Positions 1 to 7,314 of a DNA stretch of 64,000 nt are shown in pieces. This stretch comes from a virus (lineage: Duplodnaviria; Heunggongvirae; Uroviricota; Caudoviricetes): the IMG/VR virus record IMGVR_UViG_3300049049_000146, positions 195,216-259,215 of that record; one strand, 5' to 3'. The number at the start of each line of letters is the position of its first letter. Position 1 is the first letter of the stretch. The position numbers were made by a program, and so were the translations under genes. The notes beneath the pieces are model-generated. The model was given only the letters and a program-made list of their open reading frames with translations, was not told where the DNA came from and did no database searches.

Positions 1-94
1 TATTCATCGCACACCTCGAATGTTGGACACCCCGGAAACTGAATTCCAGCACAGCGCCTGATCAGACCCGCTGCGGACGGTACCATCGGTGCCA

Positions 95-168
<74 letters not shown>

Positions 169-176
169 GTGAGAAA

Positions 177-249
177 TGACCCCAGGGAGACTCGAACTCC
201 CGTTCCTGACGTGAGAGGCCAGTGTCCTAGGCCACTAGACGATGGGGCC
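177..249 (-). tRNA. tRNA-Glu(CTC)
   Basis: Cloverleaf, loop CTCTCAC, T loop TTCGAGT. Confidence 0.93.
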
Positions 250-259
250 AGTGCGTCAC

Positions 260-625
260 CTAGGGTCCCTTCCAGCCAGGCTGCTGATTAGGCTTCACCT
301 GGTTGAATTCGGAACCCATGTAGGTGATCTCACCTGTCTCTGAAGGCTTGTTTCCGGCAAGCTGACGAAGGTCGATTCGACTCATCATCAGCACCCCGGC
401 ACGATGGCCTGTCAGGCAGACGTCTGCGAAATGTTCCCAGCTGGATCGGGGCATCGTGGCCTCTTTCAGAGCCTTGAGCGTCATCGGCTTACCCTGCCGG
501 ACGACGAACTCAGAAAGGCGCTTCGCAGCCTCGACCTTCATGCTGAGCTTCCGCTTATTGCTCTCTTCCTCGTCGAGATCCTCTTCGAGGGAAGCAATCA
601 GTTTTCTACGCGCTTCGCGATCCAT
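260..625 (-). CDS. hypothetical protein
   Basis: 121-aa ORF, co-oriented, protein-like composition. Confidence 0.65.
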   Translation of the reverse strand: MDREARRKLIASLEEDLDEEESNKRKLSMKVEAAKRLSEFVVRQGKPMTLKALKEATMPRSSWEHFADVCLTGHRAGVLMMSRIDLRQLAGNKPSETGEITYMGSEFNQVKPNQQPGWKGP

Positions 626-640
626 GCTGAGAGATAAGCG

Positions 641-856
641 TCAACGACGAAAACGATCAGCGATCTCGCGGTAATCCTGAGCGTCCTCGAACATTCTTTC
701 GGCCCGGCGCTTACGCAGCGCCCTCCGCAATCCGGGAGTCATCACGATGTGAACGGGCTCCCCGTCGATCATCTTGTCAAGAAAGTCGTTCATACCCTGA
801 CGCTGGCGCTCCTCCTGAGAGGGAGCCGAAGCGATAAGATCAGACAGCTGCCGCAT
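641..856 (-). CDS. hypothetical protein
   Basis: 71-aa ORF with GAGG-type RBS, tiles with neighbours. Confidence 0.6.
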   Translation of the reverse strand: MRQLSDLIASAPSQEERQRQGMNDFLDKMIDGEPVHIVMTPGLRRALRKRRAERMFEDAQDYREIADRFRR

Positions 857-1343
857 ACACCGTTTCCTCTTCCTGCTGCTTCTTACGAAGCAAACTGTTG
901 ACGTGGACGTCGAACATTCTCACAGCATTCTCTCTAGGGAGAACGGGGTCTTCGTCTTTTCGAGGATGGAAGATTTTGCACCTGTCGAAACAACCCCATG
1001 CTGAAGAAGCCGAACCGTCTGCGCCTCGATCAAACGGGCAAAAGTGATTGTGTTGACGATGCTTCGGCGTTACGAACCACATTTCGACATCGAAACTGAA
1101 GTCGCCTGCTTGCGCTTCGAAGTGGCCCGTATTCTTCGGGGGATTTTCAGGATGCAGTAATTCGTCAGACTGCCAAAAGTCTATGTCACCGGTGCACAGA
1201 CCCCAAGAGCAGTGCGTAAACTGCTCTCCAATTTCTTCGGAGTTGACGATTACGAGCATCTCGCCATGAGCAATTCGCTCGCGCATCCTCTGAAGCTGAT
1301 TGAGGTACTGCGCATCGGTCATGTAGAACTTCTTGGTATCCAT
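840..1343 (-). CDS. hypothetical Cys/His-containing protein
   Basis: ORF trimmed to likely start MDTKK. Confidence 0.6.
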   Translation of the reverse strand: MDTKKFYMTDAQYLNQLQRMRERIAHGEMLVIVNSEEIGEQFTHCSWGLCTGDIDFWQSDELLHPENPPKNTGHFEAQAGDFSFDVEMWFVTPKHRQHNHFCPFDRGADGSASSAWGCFDRCKIFHPRKDEDPVLPRENAVRMFDVHVNSLLRKKQQEEETVYAAAV

Positions 1344-1407
1344 GAGCTTACACCTGGAGCAGGGGTGTGTACTGAGCTTTCTGCCACATCGCCCCCGCTG
1401 AAGAACG

Positions 1408-1638
1408 TTACAAGGCCCCCTGGTTGTGCTGAACAAACAATCCTCTCACCGACAAGTCCTCATCGATGAGAGGCCAATGTACGCCACTTCCCTTCCCGAT
1501 CAGACGTGCAGTAGCACGCTGCTCGTGGGTGGCTTTCGCGAGTCGCTCTGAGGTCGTGTAAGGAACGACGAGCCGTTCGCCTGTCTCAAGGACTACGACG
1601 AACACCTCTTCCAAGAACTCAAGGCTGACTGCTCGCAT
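1408..1638 (-). CDS. DUF2442-like protein
   Basis: VP...RL..AT..QR...G.GVHWPLIDEDLSV.GL signature. Confidence 0.8.
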   Translation of the reverse strand: MRAVSLEFLEEVFVVVLETGERLVVPYTTSERLAKATHEQRATARLIGKGSGVHWPLIDEDLSVRGLFVQHNQGAL

Positions 1639-1646
1639 GAATTAGT

Positions 1647-1786
1647 TCGGCGACAGGGTGTCGAAGAGATTTACCCGGCTGCGTCTGCCATTCCGCCATG
1701 CCTCCCTTGCGAGGAGACACCAGGACTCGAACCTGGAAGCCCGTGAGGGCGGCTGGTTTCAATGTAATCACTTCTGCATTCGCCGA
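1647..1786 (-). ncRNA. Y RNA-like scaffold with permuted class II (Ser-like) tRNA body
   Basis: TCGGCGAATGC...CTGTCGCCGA ends; insert order TTGAAA-variable arm-T arm-closed acceptor-D arm. Confidence 0.8.
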
Positions 1787-1787
1787 G

Positions 1788-1859
1788 AGCGGCCGGCGAG
1801 ACTCGAACTCGCGACAACTAGCTTGGAAGGCTAGCGTTCTACCACTGAACTACAGCCGC
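1788..1859 (-). tRNA. tRNA-Gly(TCC)
   Basis: Cloverleaf, loop CTTCCAA. Confidence 0.95.
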
Positions 1860-1887
1860 TTGGAGCGGTGGAGGACCACCGTACTAC

Positions 1888-1907
1888 CTAGTATCGTCGG
1901 ACTTTCA
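1888..1907 (-). promoter_or_regulatory. recurrent 20-bp promoter-like motif, copy 1
   Basis: TGAAAGTCCGACGATACTAG upstream of tRNA-Gly. Confidence 0.55.
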
Positions 1908-1939
1908 GCATCCCACATCGGGGCTGCTAGTCTGGTCAG

Positions 1940-2013
1940 TAGGGACGAAAGGATTCGAACCTTCACTGTCATGATCCTAAGTCATGTGCCTCCTGCCTTT
2001 GGGCTACGTCCCC
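1940..2013 (-). tRNA. tRNA-Leu(TAG), short variable loop
   Basis: CATGA-CTTAGGA-TCATG arm, 5-nt variable region, A73. Confidence 0.85.
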
Positions 2014-2494
2014 GAGAGTTTCCCCAGGTCCCCGTCTGCTGATGGCAGTTCGGGCACAGGAAACGCAAATTATCTTCGCGGTGGTCGTTATTCACACCGT
2101 TAATGTGGTCAAGATGCAGCGTGATAGCCGCCCCTCTCCACTCACTCAAACCGCATACAGCGCAAGCATACTTTCTGCCGCGGGCAAGAAGTCGCTGTCG
2201 AAGCCCCTTCGAGTTCGAGTAAGACGAATTTTCACAAAAGACTAGTTCGTCTGGTAATGTGAGCTTCTCGGCCGCAGAGCGAAGAGCAACGTGCGTGTGT
2301 TTTGTTTCTCCCCTAGCCCAACGAGCACCAGTAAAATGACTCGTGTCTAGGCCCCAATACCTGATCCACCTACTGATCATTCGGTGCGTACCGCCCGCCT
2401 GCTGAAGACCAAGTGTGCGTAGCACATCAGCTATGCTAACATGCTGAGCAACGATCGGTGCCAGGAGTTCTTTTGTGTACCTAGTCTTGGTCAT
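1982..2494 (-). CDS. HNH endonuclease
   Basis: CAVCG...LHLDHINGVNNDHREDNLRFLCPNCH. Confidence 0.9.
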   Translation of the reverse strand: MTKTRYTKELLAPIVAQHVSIADVLRTLGLQQAGGTHRMISRWIRYWGLDTSHFTGARWARGETKHTHVALRSAAEKLTLPDELVFCENSSYSNSKGLRQRLLARGRKYACAVCGLSEWRGAAITLHLDHINGVNNDHREDNLRFLCPNCHQQTGTWGNSRGRSPKAGGT

Positions 2495-2694
2495 GACTTC
2501 GGGTCGTACTCATCTACGCGAGCAGGAAGGCCGCATCGACGAAGACCATCGGCAAGGTGCGCATCACACGCCTTCAGGACCCTTCCCTTATCGTTCTTGA
2601 GCTTCCAGCGAGGAAGCTCGGTACAGGGGTCGCGCTTCTCATCAAGATGGAAGCACATGTCGATCGTGACCTTTTCTCGCTTCTCCACGTACAA
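2491..2694 (-). CDS. hypothetical protein
   Basis: 67-aa ORF with ATGA overlap to the HNH gene. Confidence 0.5.
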   Translation of the reverse strand: MYVEKREKVTIDMCFHLDEKRDPCTELPRWKLKNDKGRVLKACDAHLADGLRRCGLPARVDEYDPKS

Positions 2695-2702
2695 CCAAAT
2701 AA

Positions 2703-2786
2703 TGTCAGAGGAGAGACTTGAACTCTCACGGGATTTCTCCCACTAGATCCTTAGTCTAGCGCGTATGCCAATTCCGCCACTCTGAC
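2703..2786 (-). tRNA. tRNA-Leu(AAG)
   Basis: Class II body (GCGGAATTGGCATACGC D arm, long variable arm), loop CTAAGGA. Confidence 0.9.
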
Positions 2787-2790
2787 AAGT

Positions 2791-2927
2791 GCGACGACAG
2801 GGAGTGTAGAGACTTCATTTTTGTGCGCCCATACACCGCAAGGCCCCGAAGAGCCAAGCCGGGACTCGAACCCGGTCCTTCTTTTGTCCAAAAAAAGAGA
2901 GATGTAATCCCTACGAGCATTCGTCGC
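2791..2927 (-). ncRNA. Y RNA-like scaffold with permuted tRNA body (TGG loop)
   Basis: GCGACGAATGC...CTGTCGTCGC ends; TCTTTT-TTTGGAC-AAAAGA hairpin, T arm, TTCG-closed acceptor-like stem, D-like arm. Confidence 0.78.
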
Positions 2928-2933
2928 GAAAAT

Positions 2934-3194
2934 TCACCTACGTCGAGCGATCCTCTCCCAGAGGGTAGGAGGCTCCACGAACACATCGATCATGGCCTTG
3001 CTGACATTCTGTGCGTCATCTGACGTGAGACGCTTTAGAACGTCACGCTGGTCGGCCGGGAGATTCTCAATCATCTCACCGGGGCGTCCGACCCATTTTG
3101 CACGGGGAGAACGGCCGAACTGCGTCTTGTACCAACCACGAAGTGCCGCGTCGTACAACACCTCGAACGGACGAGGACCTTCTCTGCTTGCCAC
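2934..3194 (-). CDS. hypothetical protein
   Basis: 86-aa ORF, AAGGAG RBS. Confidence 0.6.
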   Translation of the reverse strand: MASREGPRPFEVLYDAALRGWYKTQFGRSPRAKWVGRPGEMIENLPADQRDVLKRLTSDDAQNVSKAMIDVFVEPPTLWERIARRR

Positions 3195-3196
3195 GG

Positions 3197-3421
3197 TTAC
3201 TCCTTCGAGTGGTCAGGACAGTAGCACTTCACGGAGCGCTGGTCAGGTCCGCCTTCAACCTTCCAACCGTTCGCTCTCACGAATGCGAGCATGTCACCCC
3301 AAGTTTCCTCTAGCGTGTCAAACGCAACAGAGAAACCTGCAGGTACTGGCTTCCCTTCGACCATCTTGCACGGAGTCTCGGGACTATGGGCCGCACACAC
3401 AAGGTTGCTGTGAATCGCCAT
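3197..3421 (-). CDS. hypothetical protein, possibly Zn-binding
   Basis: Start trimmed to MAIHS after GGAG; C-terminal GW...CYCPDH. Confidence 0.55.
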   Translation of the reverse strand: MAIHSNLVCAAHSPETPCKMVEGKPVPAGFSVAFDTLEETWGDMLAFVRANGWKVEGGPDQRSVKCYCPDHSKE

Positions 3422-3434
3422 GCTAAGTCTCCAG

Positions 3435-3510
3435 GGTGAGCGACCGGACTCGAACCGGCTAATGACCCGGGCCACATCCGGGTGCCTCGACCACTTCAGC
3501 TTCGCCCACC
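3435..3510 (-). tRNA. tRNA-His(GTG)
   Basis: Cloverleaf with G-1:C73, loop ATGTGGC. Confidence 0.9.
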
Positions 3511-3520
3511 AAAAGAAAGA

Positions 3521-3648
3521 CGCTGACAGAAATGACAGTGACGTGTTTTTGTCTTTTGCTCTACCGAATGAGCTACCTACGCCGAGGCGTAGGCTTGGAG
3601 TCGAACCAAGTACCTAAAGAGTGGTGTAGTCACTATCGGCATTCAGCG
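3521..3648 (-). ncRNA. Y RNA-like scaffold with permuted tRNA body (YrlA-like)
   Basis: CGCTGAATGC...CTGTCAGCG ends; T arm, closed acceptor CCTACGCC/GGCGTAGG, D arm TAGCTC..GGTAGAGC. Confidence 0.8.
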
Positions 3649-3658
3649 CCGAAACAGT

Positions 3659-3753
3659 TGACCGACAGAAGTTGAGGTGAGGCCGCGAGGTTCGAACTCG
3701 CTACGATTCGTTAGAATCGATTATCCAATGTACTCACTTCGAGCATTCGGTCA
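3659..3753 (-). ncRNA. Y RNA-like scaffold with T-arm-only insert
   Basis: TGACCGAATGC...CTGTCGGTCA ends; GCGAG-TTCGAAC-CTCGC. Confidence 0.72.
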
Positions 3754-3826
3754 CAGGGTAGCTCGGATTCGAACCGAGGAGACAAGAGTTTTGGAGGCTC
3801 TCCGACTTCCCAGAGTCTACTACCCT
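3754..3826 (-). tRNA. tRNA-Trp(CCA)
   Basis: Cloverleaf, loop CTCCAAA, G73. Confidence 0.85.
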
Positions 3827-3842
3827 AATTAGGTCGAGTCGC

Positions 3843-3915
3843 AGCTGCCACTCGGACTCGAACCGAGATTCCTGCTGTACGAGAGCAGTACACTAGCCAA
3901 TTGTGTTATGGCAGC
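3843..3915 (-). tRNA. tRNA-Thr(CGT)
   Basis: CTGCT-CTCGTAC-AGCAG arm. Confidence 0.88.
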
Positions 3916-3925
3916 AATCGGCAAA

Positions 3926-3996
3926 TTCGGGGACGTGGATTCGAACCACGATAGACGGTACCAGAAACCGTCGTCCTGCCGTTAGACGATCCCCGA
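3926..3996 (-). tRNA. tRNA-Gln(CTG)
   Basis: U1-A72, loop TTCTGGT. Confidence 0.92.
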
Positions 3997-4015
3997 TCAT
4001 TCCTAGATCCCAAGA

Positions 4016-4086
4016 TTCGGGAGCTAGGATTCGAACCTAGATAGGTGGCTCCAAAGACCACCGTCCTGCCGTTAGACGACTCCCGA
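4016..4086 (-). tRNA. tRNA-Gln(TTG)
   Basis: Paralogue of the adjacent Gln tRNA, loop CTTTGGA. Confidence 0.92.
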
Positions 4087-4097
4087 GTGTAGCTTGC

Positions 4098-4709
4098 TCA
4101 CCTTTGGCGTGCAAGCTTCTTTGCTGACTTCAGCATTCGAGCGTACGAAAGCGGAATACCGTCAGGGCCTGGCGGAAGGAACTTTGCTTCCTCAGCGGAA
4201 AGGAGACCAATGCCAGACTCCGAACGAAGTTCGATGAGTCCTTCGCGGTCAAGCTTCAGAATCGCCGAAGCGATCTCTTTCGGAGGAAACTTCTTCATGA
4301 TCGGCTTGATCGCGTCAGCCACGTTGACCAAGTCACTACCACGCTGCTTCGCGTAAGCGAGGATTGCCTTCCTCACCTCCGAAAGAACGTCGCCTTCAGC
4401 AGGCTGCGCCGCAGGAGCCCTCACAGGAGTCGCGGGTGCAGCAGGTTTTGCCGCAGGAGCGGGCGATGATGCCGGAGCAGCAGAGATCTTATCAAGCGCA
4501 CGTCGAATCAAGTCAACACGCATCTTGATGTCCTTCTCATACTTCGCGGGGTCTTCATTGAAGAAGTTGATAATATCGTCGAAAAGACCCTTCGCGTTCT
4601 TGAGCGCGCTGAGTGTCTTCGGATCTCCAGCTGCGAACTTCTCAACGGAGCCGTGAGCGAGCGCTTCAAGAAGCGAAGCGGCTGCCATCAGCCGACTTGA
4701 ATTCTTCAT
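4098..4709 (-). CDS. hypothetical protein (Pro/Ala linker, possible C-terminal winged helix)
   Basis: Start trimmed to MKNSS. Confidence 0.65.
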   Translation of the reverse strand: MKNSSRLMAAASLLEALAHGSVEKFAAGDPKTLSALKNAKGLFDDIINFFNEDPAKYEKDIKMRVDLIRRALDKISAAPASSPAPAAKPAAPATPVRAPAAQPAEGDVLSEVRKAILAYAKQRGSDLVNVADAIKPIMKKFPPKEIASAILKLDREGLIELRSESGIGLLSAEEAKFLPPGPDGIPLSYARMLKSAKKLARQR

Positions 4710-4725
4710 CCCCCAACCCCACGCT

Positions 4726-5409
4726 TCAAGGAAGCAGATTACGACGAATCTGCTCAATCTCGTGCTCAATGATCTTGCTCATTGAGTCTGGGGTGAGATT
4801 CGACTTCTTGAGGAGACGAATCAGCCCATGAACATAATCGCCGCGAAGCTTACGAATCTCAGCAGCAACGGCCTGCTTATCCCCGCCGTCCGCTGCCGGA
4901 GCGGCGCCGAAATCAGCAGCCTCCTTCAGGGTTACGGTAGCAAGCTGCATCAGCTTGTCGGCCCGCTCCTTGTTGCCTGCGAGAATTGCTGCGTCGGCTG
5001 CGTCTGCAAGCTGCGCGATCTTGCGCACGCGAGCAGCGAACTCCATCGCCTCGTTCGGAGCGTCCACGCTTCCGAGCTTACGGGCCGCCGTCTTCTGCCC
5101 GTTCAATGCTCCGACCAGCTGCTGGGTACGCTGGTGAAGCTCAGTCAGTGGCTTCTGAAGCCTACGGATGTCCGTGAGGATATTCAGAAGAGGCTCACCT
5201 GCCGGATGCTGATTCAAGTCGTCAGGAAGGGTATTCCTGAACTGCTTGAGAGCAGTAAAGCTCTGGAGCATCATGTTGTGAAGGAAGAGAACCGCCTTAT
5301 TCAGGCGCATCGCAGCCTTCAAGCCCTCGGGACTCGCCTGAGTCTTCGGAGCCTGAGCGGCCATCGAACCCATTTCTTCCGCAACCCGACGAGTAACCTT
5401 GGCAGTCAT
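4726..5409 (-). CDS. hypothetical helical protein
   Basis: Start trimmed to MTAKV because the upstream extension runs into an ncRNA. Confidence 0.65.
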   Translation of the reverse strand: MTAKVTRRVAEEMGSMAAQAPKTQASPEGLKAAMRLNKAVLFLHNMMLQSFTALKQFRNTLPDDLNQHPAGEPLLNILTDIRRLQKPLTELHQRTQQLVGALNGQKTAARKLGSVDAPNEAMEFAARVRKIAQLADAADAAILAGNKERADKLMQLATVTLKEAADFGAAPAADGGDKQAVAAEIRKLRGDYVHGLIRLLKKSNLTPDSMSKIIEHEIEQIRRNLLP

Positions 5410-5427
5410 GCTGCCTAGATAAGGGCC

Positions 5428-5578
5428 CGGCGACAGAGTTATGAGTGAGGTTCTTGTGATGAAACGAAGTTTTTGCTTCGTCGCGTCTTCCAGTTCCGCC
5501 ATACGTACCCGCTAAGGTACGCACCAGGACTCGAACCTGGACTCGTCCGCATTGATGTACTCACCCACGCATTCGCCG
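5428..5578 (-). ncRNA. Y RNA-like scaffold with permuted tRNA body (class II-type D arm)
   Basis: CGGCGAATGC...CTGTCGCCG ends; T arm, closed acceptor TGCGTACC/GGTACGTA, D arm GCGGAACTGGAAGACGC. Confidence 0.78.
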
Positions 5579-5586
5579 AATTCCCA

Positions 5587-5661
5587 CGCCCCCTACGGGA
5601 CTTGAACCCGTGATCTCCTACGTGACAGGCAGGCGTCCACTCCGGACTGGACCGAGGAGGC
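5587..5661 (-). tRNA. tRNA-Asp(GTC)
   Basis: Cloverleaf, loop CTGTCAC. Confidence 0.92.
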
Positions 5662-5688
5662 AGAGGCTCACAAATGTGAGCCGTAGAT

Positions 5689-5964
5689 TCATTCACCGCG
5701 ACCCTGAGCAAGCATGTCTTCGCGAATCTCTTCAATTGCGCGAAGAACTGGCAATGGGAGAACCGCTACGTCCATCGCCTGCATAACTGCAGTGTGCAAC
5801 TTGTCAAAGCGCCTACGAAGGCGAAGTACGTCTTCGTACGCTGGGGACCAGCCCCAATCGCCACGCTTGGCGACGTGTTCTGGGTTCGTAGCCCCGAGTG
5901 CAGCTGCCCCACACCCGGCAAGCTGCACTCGAAGCTGGTCGATCTCATCGTGAAGAATGCTCAT
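5689..5964 (-). CDS. hypothetical phage protein
   Basis: 91-aa ORF abutting the upstream gene. Confidence 0.65.
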   Translation of the reverse strand: MSILHDEIDQLRVQLAGCGAAALGATNPEHVAKRGDWGWSPAYEDVLRLRRRFDKLHTAVMQAMDVAVLPLPVLRAIEEIREDMLAQGRGE

Positions 5965-5965
5965 C

Positions 5966-6652
5966 TCACTTCCTCTGTCCGAAGACGCGAAGCATGTAGA
6001 TGAACAGATTGATGAAGTCGAGATAGAGGGTCAGAGCACCCATGACCGCCGCATTCGTGCTGTACGAATTATCGGTGGCAATCTCCTTCAACTTCTGGTG
6101 ATCGTACGCCGTGAGGAGCGAGAAAATCAGCACGCCCGAGCAGTTGATCGCGAACGTCAGGAACGGAGCCTGAACGAACATTTCAACGACCAGTGCGATG
6201 AGAAGACCGAAAAGACCCATCAACAGGAACGTGCCGAGGAAGTCGAGAGACCTCTTAGTCACGAAGCCATAGACAGCCATCGCGACGTACATGCCGCACG
6301 TGATTGCGAGAGCGGTCACCACCGAGGGAAGCTCGTAGATTACGAGCAACGACGGAAGCGTAAATCCGTTGAGCAGCGCGTACACGAGGAACACCAGTCC
6401 TGCGGTAAACGCCTCCATCTTCTTGGCCGTGAACGACAGACCGAAGACGAGAGCAAGCTCAAGGCCGCATAGAATCAGAACGACATTCGGCTGGAAGAAG
6501 AAACCGAATCCGTCATTCGCCATCACGACAGCAGCAGTGCCGGTCGTGACGAGGAGTCCTGCAGTCATCCACGCGTAGACACCAGCGAAAAAACGCCGAA
6601 TGGCTTCGGCGCCAGGATCGCTTAGACCCGCGGTACGATAGTTGTAGTTCAT
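5966..6652 (-). CDS. Bax inhibitor-1/YccA family membrane protein
   Basis: Seven hydrophobic segments; VYAWM..GL, AYDHQKLK, ALTLYLDFINLF motifs. Confidence 0.92.
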   Translation of the reverse strand: MNYNYRTAGLSDPGAEAIRRFFAGVYAWMTAGLLVTTGTAAVVMANDGFGFFFQPNVVLILCGLELALVFGLSFTAKKMEAFTAGLVFLVYALLNGFTLPSLLVIYELPSVVTALAITCGMYVAMAVYGFVTKRSLDFLGTFLLMGLFGLLIALVVEMFVQAPFLTFAINCSGVLIFSLLTAYDHQKLKEIATDNSYSTNAAVMGALTLYLDFINLFIYMLRVFGQRK

Positions 6653-6660
6653 TTCTGACC

Positions 6661-6918
6661 TCAGAGAGCGCAACCAGAAGAAAGACGACAGCTACGACGG
6701 CACTGCTCCTCACGAGCAGCACACTCCGAAGGGCACTCGTAGCGAACGCAGGACTCTCGGCACTGAAATCCCTCACTGGAGCAGCGACGGACACAGTCGT
6801 ACTGACGCTGACAGGCGTCTTGTGCCTCAACAGTGTTGATCACCGGAGGACGGCCGAGAAGGAGTCCAACGACGAAAGCAGCCGTAGCGAGAACGAACAC
6901 AACAATCTTTGTACGCAT
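6661..6918 (-). CDS. small secreted Cys-rich protein
   Basis: N-terminal hydrophobic segment then repeated CxxxC; AAGGAG RBS. Confidence 0.7.
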   Translation of the reverse strand: MRTKIVVFVLATAAFVVGLLLGRPPVINTVEAQDACQRQYDCVRRCSSEGFQCRESCVRYECPSECAAREEQCRRSCRLSSGCAL

Positions 6919-6943
6919 GATTCTCCTTGAGACTATCTCGAAG

Positions 6944-7016
6944 CTCCTGGGCCTGGACTCGAACCAGGGACCATCCGGTTAACAGCCGGACGCTCTACCA
7001 ACTGAGCTACCCAGGA
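6944..7016 (-). tRNA. tRNA-Asn(GTT)
   Basis: Cloverleaf, loop CTGTTAA. Confidence 0.95.
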
Positions 7017-7026
7017 ATGAATTAGT

Positions 7027-7164
7027 GTGGCGACAGAGAGTGAAGAGTCTAGTTTTAGGTGCTCTACCAACTGAGCTACTGACTCCGTAGATAGGAGTCA
7101 GGCAGGACTCGAACCTGCGACCACCCGCTTAATAGGCGATGTAAACCCTTCGAGCATTCGCCAC
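7027..7164 (-). ncRNA. Y RNA-like scaffold with complete permuted tRNA-Asn-like body (ATT loop)
   Basis: GTGGCGAATGC...CTGTCGCCAC; CGC-CTATTAA-GCGGG, T arm, closed acceptor, D arm TAGCTCAGTTGGTAGAGC. Confidence 0.85.
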
Positions 7165-7174
7165 GAACATTAGT

Positions 7175-7308
7175 GCGACGACAGGAGAGTGAGGAGTCTA
7201 GTTTTTAGGTGTCCTACCGTTAGACGACAACCTCCATGGGAGGCCGACAGGATTCGAACCTGTATCACCCGCGTGATAGGCGATGTAAACCCCTCTAGCA
7301 TTCGTCGC
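7175..7308 (-). ncRNA. Y RNA-like scaffold with complete permuted tRNA-Asp-like body (ATC loop)
   Basis: GCGACGAATGC...CTGTCGTCGC; CGC-CTATCAC-GCGGG, T arm, closed acceptor, D arm GTCTAACGGTAGGAC. Confidence 0.85.
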
Positions 7309-7314
7309 GGAAAT

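Noticed and set aside
1-40. Possible tenth Y-like RNA or tRNA 5' end running off the window (minus strand GCGATGAATA; 15-nt match GACACCCCGGAAACT to the tRNA-Pro 5' flank)
   Set aside because: Truncated by the window edge, so pairing partners cannot be seen.
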